From the NCBI GenBank assembly GCA_045540015.1, contig JAZQGP010000014.1:2850-66849 (forward strand): 64,000 nucleotides of DNA. Direction: 5' to 3'. The translations under genes and the position numbers were made by a program. The notes beneath the pieces are model-generated. The model did not search any database, was not told the origin of the DNA, and worked only from the letters and a program-made list of their open reading frames with translations. This document shows positions 42,471-50,726 of this stretch, one piece after another. Source of the DNA: Eubacteriales bacterium. GTDB lineage: Bacteria > Bacillota > Clostridia > Oscillospirales > CAG-382. Every line of letters begins with the position of its first letter. The first letter of the stretch is position 1.

Positions 42471-44258
42471 TTATTCTTCTGCTTTTTTTGTGTGTTCAAT
42501 ACCAAGCTCCGAAAGTGTTTTTGCATCAACGGGAGCAGGACACATTGTCATAAGCTCAGACGCATTCTGAACCTTCGGGAACGCGATAACGTCTCTGAGG
42601 CTCTCAGCTCCGAGAAGCTGCATTACAAGTCTGTCAAGACCAATTCCCATACCACCGTGAGGAGGAGCGCCGTACTTGAATGCGGTTGTAAGGAAGCCGA
42701 ACTTTTCCTGGATTTCTTCATCGGAAAGACCGAGAAGTGTAAATATTCTGTTCTGAAGCTCAGGATTTGTAATTCTTATTGAGCCGCTTGAAAGCTCAAT
42801 GCCGTTGAGTACAAGGTCGTATGCCTTTGCACGAACTTTACCCTTGTCTGTTTCAAGATATTCAAGGCACTCGTCAAGAGGAGAAGTAAAGGGATGGTGC
42901 ATTGCAAGCCATTCACCGCTTTCCTCATCGTATTCAAAGAACGGGAACTCGGTAATCCAGAGGAGATTGTAGCCCTTCTTTTCAACGCCGAGCTTGTTTG
43001 AAACCTCGGTTCTGAGAGAGCCGAGCTGGGATAGAATTTTGTTGTTGTTGGTGTCTGCGATTATGAGAACAACGTCGCCCTCTTTAGCACCTGCTTTCTG
43101 AGCAATTGCGTTCATTTCATCCTCTGTCATGAACTTTGCAAAGGAGGATGCTATTCCTTCGGGAGTGTATCTTATCCATGCAAGACCCTTGCCGCCGATA
43201 CCCTTGACATATTCGGTAAGCTTGTCAACTTCTTTTCTTGTAAGAACCGAAACAGCATTATCTGCCTTGATTGCTCTTACAGAGCCGCCGCCTGAGATTG
43301 CACCCGTGAATACGCCGAAGCCGCAGTCCTTTACAACGTCGGAAAGGTCGAAGATTTCCATGCCGTAACGTGTGTCGGGTTTATCCGATCCGTATCTTTC
43401 CATTGCTTCCTTGTAGGTAAGTCTCGGAAGCGGAAGCGGAAGGTCAATGTCGAGAACCTCTTTGAAAATTCTCTTCATGAAGCCCTCGCCTATGCTGAGC
43501 ACGTCTTCCATTTCAACAAAGCTCATTTCAAGGTCAATCTGTGTAAATTCAGGCTGACGGTCAGCTCTCAGGTCTTCATCTCTGAAGCAGCGTGCTATCT
43601 GCATGTATCTGTCAAAGCCTGCAACCATACAAAGCTGCTTGTAGAGCTGAGGCGACTGAGGAAGAGCGTAGAACGAGCCCTTGTGGACACGGCTTGGAAC
43701 GAGATAGTCGCGTGCACCCTCGGGAGTGCTTCTTATAAGCATAGGGGTTTCGATTTCAATAAAGCCGTTTTCATCAAAGTAGTCACGTGTGATTTTTGTT
43801 ATTTTGTGACGTATAAGAATGTTGTTTAAGATGTCGGGACGACGAAGGTCGAGGTAACGGTGCTTTAAGCGAAGCTCCTCGTTTGACTTGCAGTTTTCCA
43901 CTATTTCAAAGGGAGGAGTCTGACTTTCCCCGAGAATTTTTATTTCTTCTACATACACCTCAACATGACCTGTTGGGATGGTTTCGTTTTTGCTGGATCT
44001 TTCGCGAACAACACCGCTTGCGGCAATAACATATTCGCTTCTTGCACTTCTTGCTTTTTCCATTACCGCCTTGTCGGTATTTTCGTCAAAGGCAAGCTGA
44101 AGAATGCCTGTTCTGTCGCGAAGGTCTATAAAGCACAGAGCTCCGAGGTCACGGGTTTTCTGAACCCAGCCCATAACGGTGACATTTTTGCCTATATGTC
44201 CGTCTCTTACTTCTCCACAGTAGTCTGTTCTTTTTGTATTACCTAAGAATTCTGCCAT
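42471..44258 (-). CDS. aspS: Aspartate--tRNA ligase
   Basis: 595 aa with class II motifs (FRDEDLRADRQPEFTQID, GGMGIGLDRL). Confidence 0.95.
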   Translation of the reverse strand: MAEFLGNTKRTDYCGEVRDGHIGKNVTVMGWVQKTRDLGALCFIDLRDRTGILQLAFDENTDKAVMEKARSARSEYVIAASGVVRERSSKNETIPTGHVEVYVEEIKILGESQTPPFEIVENCKSNEELRLKHRYLDLRRPDILNNILIRHKITKITRDYFDENGFIEIETPMLIRSTPEGARDYLVPSRVHKGSFYALPQSPQLYKQLCMVAGFDRYMQIARCFRDEDLRADRQPEFTQIDLEMSFVEMEDVLSIGEGFMKRIFKEVLDIDLPLPLPRLTYKEAMERYGSDKPDTRYGMEIFDLSDVVKDCGFGVFTGAISGGGSVRAIKADNAVSVLTRKEVDKLTEYVKGIGGKGLAWIRYTPEGIASSFAKFMTEDEMNAIAQKAGAKEGDVVLIIADTNNNKILSQLGSLRTEVSNKLGVEKKGYNLLWITEFPFFEYDEESGEWLAMHHPFTSPLDECLEYLETDKGKVRAKAYDLVLNGIELSSGSIRITNPELQNRIFTLLGLSDEEIQEKFGFLTTAFKYGAPPHGGMGIGLDRLVMQLLGAESLRDVIAFPKVQNASELMTMCPAPVDAKTLSELGIEHTKKAEE

Positions 44259-44290
44259 TTTGCATACTTCCTTTCTGTATTATCGTCAAA

Positions 44291-45550
44291 TTAAAACTCG
44301 TTTTCAAGCGTTTCGAGCTTAATGGTCTTTGTGTCATCTCTGTCACGCATGTTTTTAAGGAGTGCTTCCCCTGTTTCAAGCTCATTGTCGCCTACAACAA
44401 GTGCATATTGAGCGCCTATTTTGTCTGCATATTTCATCTGAGCTTTCAGGCTTCTTGAAACAATGTCGCACTCGGCGTAAATGCCCTTCTTTCTGAGAGC
44501 TTCACATTTTGAGAGGGCGTAAAGTGCAGCCTTTTCTCCCATGGGTGCAATATAAAGAACGGGTTTTGCATTTTCGGGAAGAGCATATTCTCCCTTTTGC
44601 GCTTTTGACTTCATTGCAAGAATTATTCTTGTAAGACCCATGCCAAAGCCGATACCGCAGAGCTTGGGACCTGACAGCTCTTCAACGAGTCCGTCATAGC
44701 GTCCGCCGCCGCAGACGGTGCTTTGTGCACCTATGTCGTCCGAAATGAACTCAAATACAGTCTTTACATAATAGTCAAGTCCGCGGACAATCATGGGGTT
44801 GATTTCATACTTTATTTCAAGTGCGTCAAGTGCACTTTTAAGTGTGTCAAAATGTCCTTTGCAGTCTTCGCACAGGCAGTCAACGGTTTTCGGTGCGCCG
44901 AGAGCTATTTCCTTGCATATCGGACTCTTGCAGTCGAGAATGCGAAGCGGATTTGTCTTTAATCTCTCCTTGCAGGTAGGACAAAGCTCCTCTTCGTGAG
45001 CCATGAAATAATCACGCAAATCGTCGTGGTATTTCGGTCTGCAGTTCGGGCAGCCTATGGAATTTATGTGAAGTGTCGCACCGATGTCAAGCTCTTCGAG
45101 CACGTTGTTTGCAAGCGCGATAACCGATGCATCTGCAAGAGCGCCCTCAGCGCCGAACATTTCTATACCGAACTGATAAAACTCTCGCGTTCTTCCTGCC
45201 TGCGGCTTTTCATAGCGGAAGAACGGACCGAGGTAGTAGAGCTTTAAGGGCATAGGCTCGTTGAAAAGTCCGTTTTCTATAACGCTTCTTACAACGCCTG
45301 CCGTTCCTTCGGGACGAAGGCAAAACTCCTCTCCCTCGCGATCATTGAGAGTAAACATCTCTTTCTGAACAATGTCGGTTGTGTTTCCGACACCGCGTCT
45401 GTAAAGCGAAGCGCTTTCAAAGGTCGGGATGCGGATTTCTTCAAAGCCCGCCTTTTGAGTGCAGGTTCTTATAACCTCTTCGATTTTGTGCCATATGGCG
45501 GTTTCCTCGGGAAGAATGTCAAGTGTTCCCTTTGGTTTCTGAATTGTCAT
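44291..45550 (-). CDS. hisS: Histidine--tRNA ligase
   Basis: KGTLDILPEE, FRYEKPQAGRTREFYQFG and GGGRYDGL motifs. Confidence 0.95.
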   Translation of the reverse strand: MTIQKPKGTLDILPEETAIWHKIEEVIRTCTQKAGFEEIRIPTFESASLYRRGVGNTTDIVQKEMFTLNDREGEEFCLRPEGTAGVVRSVIENGLFNEPMPLKLYYLGPFFRYEKPQAGRTREFYQFGIEMFGAEGALADASVIALANNVLEELDIGATLHINSIGCPNCRPKYHDDLRDYFMAHEEELCPTCKERLKTNPLRILDCKSPICKEIALGAPKTVDCLCEDCKGHFDTLKSALDALEIKYEINPMIVRGLDYYVKTVFEFISDDIGAQSTVCGGGRYDGLVEELSGPKLCGIGFGMGLTRIILAMKSKAQKGEYALPENAKPVLYIAPMGEKAALYALSKCEALRKKGIYAECDIVSRSLKAQMKYADKIGAQYALVVGDNELETGEALLKNMRDRDDTKTIKLETLENEF

Positions 45551-45577
45551 GGTCTTTATTACTCCTTAAAGGTTGTT

Positions 45578-45949
45578 TTACTTCTTGTAATTCAAAAGAT
45601 AGTCGGCAAAATCATATACGGTTTTTTGCTGACCTGTGGAGAGCTTTTCAAACATGCTCTGAATGTCCGCACTTTTTCGCGGCTTTTCATTTTGTCGGAT
45701 GCTTTCAAGGTCGTGTCCCGAAGCAAAGAGGAAATCCTCAAGCTCAATACCGCCCTCGCTGTTTTCGGCAAGCTTTGTGAGAAGTTTTAAACCGGGAGGA
45801 TTTTCCTGGGCGCACTTTTCAAGCTTGTGAAGCTGAACGTAGCTGATTCCGCACTGTTCTGCAAAGGTGCGCGTTGAACGCTCTCCTTTTGCCTTTTCAA
45901 GAAGCAGAGCGAATATCTTTTTGTTAAAATGAGCTTCGCGTGATTTCAT
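45578..45949 (-). CDS. XRE-family helix-turn-helix protein
   Basis: RTFAEQCGISYVQLHKLE HTH motif. GGAGG RBS before the ATG at 45949. Ends 27 nt upstream of hisS. Confidence 0.65.
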   Translation of the reverse strand: MKSREAHFNKKIFALLLEKAKGERSTRTFAEQCGISYVQLHKLEKCAQENPPGLKLLTKLAENSEGGIELEDFLFASGHDLESIRQNEKPRKSADIQSMFEKLSTGQQKTVYDFADYLLNYKK

Positions 45950-46282
45950 GTTTTTCCTCCGAGTATATTTTAACTCAATAATAATACCACAAAACACGCA
46001 CTTTTGCAAGGGTATTTGTTGTAAAAACATTGAAATATTTAACATTATATATAATAAAACACCGCTTGATATGAATCAGATAACGGCTGTGAAGGATTTT
46101 ATCGCGGTTTTCTCGGCAAAACGCGAAAATACTCTGTCGTGTATAAGCGGTGTATGTATATGAATGTCATATTCCGTGCATAAGGCAAAACGCAGGTCGT
46201 ATTGCGTCGAGCGATTATGCTTGAAAAGAACACATGCGTATATGTATAATTTTACTGTAAATATGTGAAAGGAATGATAAAT

Positions 46283-46831
46283 ATGAATGATTTGCCGAAC
46301 GCGTCGTTTGTTTGCTCGGGTGAAAACGCACTTGAGCTGTCAAGCGCAATTTGCTGTGCCGGAAAGCTTATACGCTTACTCAAGGACGAGGGCTTTTGCG
46401 TTTCGGGCTGCTACTCCTGCATTTCTCCGTCAGAAAAAATATCACTTACCGCAAGAAAGCTGCGGCATATGTGTTCTGTTTCCGACCTTGTAATAACCGT
46501 TGGCTGTGAGGGCTTCAGACCGTGCGACGTTATTCCCGACATTACAAGAGCTATTATTGACAAGGACGCAAACTTTTTTACGGGTGTACTCGGTGCAGGA
46601 GATATTGATAACGGAAAAACAGAGGATTGCTCGCAAGTGTTTCCCTCGAGAGCATTTGCCGGTTTTTGCTCGGGTGCGCTCATTATGAATCTTCCGTGCG
46701 ATGCTCACGTTTCCGCCAAAAGACTGTCTGCTTTGCTTCCGTCGGTAAGATATGCCGTTTCTCACAGCAAGGGAAAAACCGCTATGAAAAGTAAGAGCGC
46801 CGAGGAGCTTATAGCGGAGTTTTTTTCATAA
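46283..46831 (+). CDS. MogA/MoaB-like molybdopterin-binding-fold protein (divergent)
   Basis: DLVITVGCEGFRPCDVIPDIT and LIMNLPCDAH echo the MoCF_biosynth motifs (TTGGTG..RD.TPE and INLPGSP). The start is ambiguous (46265, 46274 or 46283). Confidence 0.4.
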   Translation: MNDLPNASFVCSGENALELSSAICCAGKLIRLLKDEGFCVSGCYSCISPSEKISLTARKLRHMCSVSDLVITVGCEGFRPCDVIPDITRAIIDKDANFFTGVLGAGDIDNGKTEDCSQVFPSRAFAGFCSGALIMNLPCDAHVSAKRLSALLPSVRYAVSHSKGKTAMKSKSAEELIAEFFS

Positions 46832-46996
46832 CAGACGTTTTCACAATATTTTCCTCTTAAGTAAACAGAAAATACATATATACTTTACTGTTTGTTCACC
46901 CAAATGTAAGTGTTTTGGAATATAATTAACATAAAGATGTGTTTATTTAAACAATCTGAGAACAAACGGGGCTTAAAAACCAAGGAGGAAAAGAAG

Positions 46997-47686
46997 ATGG
47001 GACTTAAAATATTAATTGCAGACGACGATACAAACATCTGCGACCTTCTTAAGCTTTATCTGGAAAACGAAGGTTATGAAATTGTAACTGCAAACGACGG
47101 CATAAAGGCGCTTTCTGCCTTCAAGATATATGAGCCTGACCTTGTTTTGCTTGACATCATGATGCCGAGAAAAGACGGCTGGCAGGTATGCCGCGAAATC
47201 AGAGAAATGTCTTCAAAGCCGATTATCATGGTAACGGCAAAGGGAGATGTGTTCGACAAGGTGCTCGGACTTGAGCTTGGTGCTGACGACTTTATCACAA
47301 AGCCCTTCGACATGAAGGAGGTTTCCGCAAGAGTAAAGGCTGTTCTTCGCCGCTACTCCGGACATGACAACGACGACAGCGAGGTTATCAAGTTTGACAA
47401 TCTTGAAATCAGCCTTCAGAAGTATGAGCTTAAGCTTGCAGGCAAGGCTGTTGACATTCCACCTAAGGAACTTGAGCTTCTCTACTTCCTTACTTCAAAC
47501 TACAACCGCGTATTCACCCGTGACCAGCTTCTTGATAAGGTTTGGGGCTTTGACTACCTCGGTGACTCAAGAACAGTTGACGTACACGTTAAGCGTCTTC
47601 GCGAAAAGCTTGAGGGCGTTTCGGACAAGTGGATGCTTAAGACTGTCTGGGGCGTTGGTTACAAGTTTGAGCTTTTACAGCAGTAA
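46997..47686 (+). CDS. OmpR/PhoB-family response regulator (no cognate kinase adjacent)
   Basis: Receiver domain (ILIADDD...LLDIMMPRKDG...TAKG) plus a winged-helix output (DVHVKRLREKL...TVWGVGYKF). Confidence 0.9.
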   Translation: MGLKILIADDDTNICDLLKLYLENEGYEIVTANDGIKALSAFKIYEPDLVLLDIMMPRKDGWQVCREIREMSSKPIIMVTAKGDVFDKVLGLELGADDFITKPFDMKEVSARVKAVLRRYSGHDNDDSEVIKFDNLEISLQKYELKLAGKAVDIPPKELELLYFLTSNYNRVFTRDQLLDKVWGFDYLGDSRTVDVHVKRLREKLEGVSDKWMLKTVWGVGYKFELLQQ

Positions 47687-47724
47687 TACAGAATATACAG
47701 AGGATACCTGCGGGTGTCCTCTTA

Positions 47725-47795
47725 TTACTTTCTTAGAAGAAAGTAAGCAAAGATTTTTTGAACAGAGACATTGAAGTTTAAACAACTTCAATGTC
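47725..47795 (+). repeat. Dispersed repeat: post-gene palindrome plus a module-A hairpin
   Basis: TTACTTTCTT-AG-AAGAAAGTAA (47725-47746) and GACATTGAAGTT-TAAAC-AACTTCAATGTC (47767-47795). Confidence 0.8.
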
Positions 47796-48048
47796 ACACT
47801 GCGTTTCATTGTTGTTACGCTTGAAGTTTGAATGACTTTAGTATCCCGTTATACCTGTCAGCAAGGAGTTACAAGCCGTGTTTGAGGCTTACGTGTTTTT
47901 GCTGCTTTTCGCCCGATAGCGCAGCCAAAACGTCAAAGCATAGTGTATTATCTTAACTCTTTTGCTGATTTTTACACTTTACAATATAAAAAAATATGGT
48001 ACAATAATACTATAAACCACAAATTTCGGTGATATTGGAGGTATAAAA

Positions 48049-50499
48049 ATGCCCAAATTATACTTTGTGGGAAACGCACACCTTGACCCTGTTTGGCAGT
48101 GGAGATGGCAGGAGGGTTCCGCAGAAGCTAAGGCGACCGTGCGCTCTGCACTTGACAGAATGAAGGAGTTTCCTGAATTTAAGTTCGTTTGTTCCTCGGC
48201 ATCCGTGTACCGTTGGATTGAGGAATTCGACAGCGATATGTTTGAAGAAATAAAAATGCGTGTAAAGGAAGGCAGATTTATTATTGTCGGCGGATGGCAC
48301 GTTCAGCCCGACTGCAACCTTCCTTCGGGAGAAGGCTTTGCAAGACAAACACTTTATTCTCAGAGATATTTCAAGGAAAACTTCGGCACAACGGCAAAGG
48401 TCGGCTATAACGTTGACTCGTTCGGCCACAACGCCAATCTTCCGCAGATTTTAAAGAAGAGCGGCATGGACCAGTATATATTTATGCGTCCGTCGCCTGA
48501 GGAAAACAATCTCGATTCCGATGTTTTCAACTGGACGTCTGCAGACGGCTCAAGCGTTCTTACGTACCGTATTCTTGACCCGTACTGTTTTAAGTTTGAC
48601 GAACCGGAAAAGCTCGAGGAGAGAATTAAATATCTCACAGAGACACAAAAGCTGAACATGGATATAATTCCTCTGTTCTACGGTGTGGGAAACCACGGCG
48701 GAGGTCCGACCATCCGCCATATCGAGCTTCTGAAGGAATATGCAAAGGCTCATCCTGAATGTGAAACCCATTTTTCTACATTACTTGATTTCTTTGACCG
48801 TGTTCGTGAAGAAAACAAAAGCATTCCCGGTTATGCCGGCGACCTCCAGCATCACGCTGCCGGCTGTTATGCTGCAGTTTCATCAATCAAGAACGGCATA
48901 AGAAGAAGCGAATGCGAGCTTGTTGCGGCAGAGGGATTTTCCGTACTTGCGAGAAGACTTTGCTCAAAGAAGTATAATGCAAAGAAATTTGAAGAGGCAT
49001 GGAATAACGTTTGCTTTATGCACTTCCATGATATTATGGACGGTTGCTGCATAAAAGAAGCATATGACGACACAAAGTATATGTATGGCTCTGCTCTTGA
49101 GGTTGCGATGGTTGCGGAAAATAACGCACTCCAGACAATTTCCTGGGCTGTTGATACATCGGGCGACAAGGAAAAGGGGATTCCCGTGTTTGTGTTCAAC
49201 CCGCATTCATTCCCTGTGCAACAGTGTGTTCAGGTAAATGAAAGGGCGGTTGGTGTTCTTGACAGCAACGGCAACGCCGTACCTTGGCAGCTTGTTCGTT
49301 CCTCGTCAAAGGAATGCTATAACAGACCTGACATTGCTTTTATGGCAAATGTTCCCGCACTCGGATATGCGGTTTACTATCTTGTAGGTGCAAAAACCGA
49401 TCCCGAAGAAGGCTTCAAACCCGAGGAAAGCGATGTTAAGGCATACGACAGCTACGGCTGGAAGCATGCACACGGCTGTTCTACAATTAACCTTGAAAAC
49501 GATTACTGGCATATAAAGTTTGAAAACTACTCAGGCTTTATCTCCTCTTTCTTTGATAAGAAAGCAGAAAAGGAAATCATAAAGGGCAAGGCGGCAGTTC
49601 CTGTGGTTATAGACGAATATTATCACGACACATGGAGCCATGCAAAGAACTTCTTTACGGATGAAATGGCACGTTTCTCGGATGCGGAAGTGAAAATAAT
49701 CGAAAAAGGACCTGTAAGAGCCACGGTAAAGGTGGTAAGCAGATACAACAATTCTACACTTACGCAGTACTTTACGCTTTACTCGAACAGTCCGAAGCTT
49801 GAAGTCAGAGCAAGTGTTGACTGGCATGAAAAGCACAAGCTGTTAAAGCTCAAATGGCCTTTTGATGTGGAAAATCCCAAGGCGGTATACGAAATACCTT
49901 TCGGAATCATTGAGCGTCCTGCAGACGGCGAGGAAGAGCCCGGTCTTACCTGGTTTGGTGTTAAGGGCGACAATACAGGATACGCAATTTGCAACAGCGA
50001 TACGTATTCTTCTTCCGTTAAGGACGGCACGCTTTACCACACGGTTCTCAGAAGCCCTGTTTACGGTGACCACGGCGGTCCGAGAAGTGATGAGTCCGAT
50101 TACACCGAACAAGGTATAAGAGAGTTTAAATATGTGGTTATGCCTTTCGGTGACAGCAACTCAGAGGTAATAAAGGCTGCACGTGTACTTAATAAGCCTC
50201 TTACAAATATCATTGAAAACTGGCACAGCGGAAAGCTTGCGGATAAGTTGTATGCAGGTGTGAATGTGAGTGAAGATAACGTTATCATTTCCGCACTCAA
50301 GAGAAGCGAGGACGGAAAAGGACTTGTTGTCAGAATCTATGAAACTGAGGGAAAGAAGACAAACGTCAAGCTCACGGGCGACGTGCTGACAGCACCGCTT
50401 GAAACGGAAATCACTCCTTACAGTTTTGAAACCTTCTATATTGAAGACGGACAGAAAACCTGGAAAAAGGTTATGCTTACCGAATACGATTACGAATGA
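48049..50499 (+). CDS. Glycoside hydrolase family 38 alpha-mannosidase (cytoplasmic)
   Basis: N-terminus YFVGNAHLDPVWQWRWQEG and 816-aa length; no signal peptide. Confidence 0.85.
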   Translation: MPKLYFVGNAHLDPVWQWRWQEGSAEAKATVRSALDRMKEFPEFKFVCSSASVYRWIEEFDSDMFEEIKMRVKEGRFIIVGGWHVQPDCNLPSGEGFARQTLYSQRYFKENFGTTAKVGYNVDSFGHNANLPQILKKSGMDQYIFMRPSPEENNLDSDVFNWTSADGSSVLTYRILDPYCFKFDEPEKLEERIKYLTETQKLNMDIIPLFYGVGNHGGGPTIRHIELLKEYAKAHPECETHFSTLLDFFDRVREENKSIPGYAGDLQHHAAGCYAAVSSIKNGIRRSECELVAAEGFSVLARRLCSKKYNAKKFEEAWNNVCFMHFHDIMDGCCIKEAYDDTKYMYGSALEVAMVAENNALQTISWAVDTSGDKEKGIPVFVFNPHSFPVQQCVQVNERAVGVLDSNGNAVPWQLVRSSSKECYNRPDIAFMANVPALGYAVYYLVGAKTDPEEGFKPEESDVKAYDSYGWKHAHGCSTINLENDYWHIKFENYSGFISSFFDKKAEKEIIKGKAAVPVVIDEYYHDTWSHAKNFFTDEMARFSDAEVKIIEKGPVRATVKVVSRYNNSTLTQYFTLYSNSPKLEVRASVDWHEKHKLLKLKWPFDVENPKAVYEIPFGIIERPADGEEEPGLTWFGVKGDNTGYAICNSDTYSSSVKDGTLYHTVLRSPVYGDHGGPRSDESDYTEQGIREFKYVVMPFGDSNSEVIKAARVLNKPLTNIIENWHSGKLADKLYAGVNVSEDNVIISALKRSEDGKGLVVRIYETEGKKTNVKLTGDVLTAPLETEITPYSFETFYIEDGQKTWKKVMLTEYDYE

Positions 50500-50508
50500 T
50501 ATATATTT

Positions 50509-50541
50509 CAGCTGCAGTGTTTTGCTGCAGCTGTTGTTTTG
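50509..50541 (+). terminator. Rho-independent terminator after the GH38 gene
   Basis: CAGCTGCAG...CTGCAGCTG followed by TTGTTTTG. Confidence 0.75.
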
Positions 50542-50622
50542 TAAAAGAAAGGGTAAATAACCAAAACAAACACAAACCTTGCAAAAAACCACATAAATTA
50601 ACATTTTTTTGTGTGGAATCTA

Positions 50623-50651
50623 TTGACAAACATAAATATGTATACTATAAT
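50623..50651 (+). promoter_or_regulatory. Sigma-A promoter of the microcompartment locus
   Basis: TTGACA (50623-50628), a 17-nt spacer, TATAAT (50646-50651). Confidence 0.6.
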
Positions 50652-50726
50652 TGAAATGAATAAATGTAAATCCCGTAAAATCGGAAATTGTTATATACAG
50701 CAAAATACATTTCAGAGGTGAAAACC

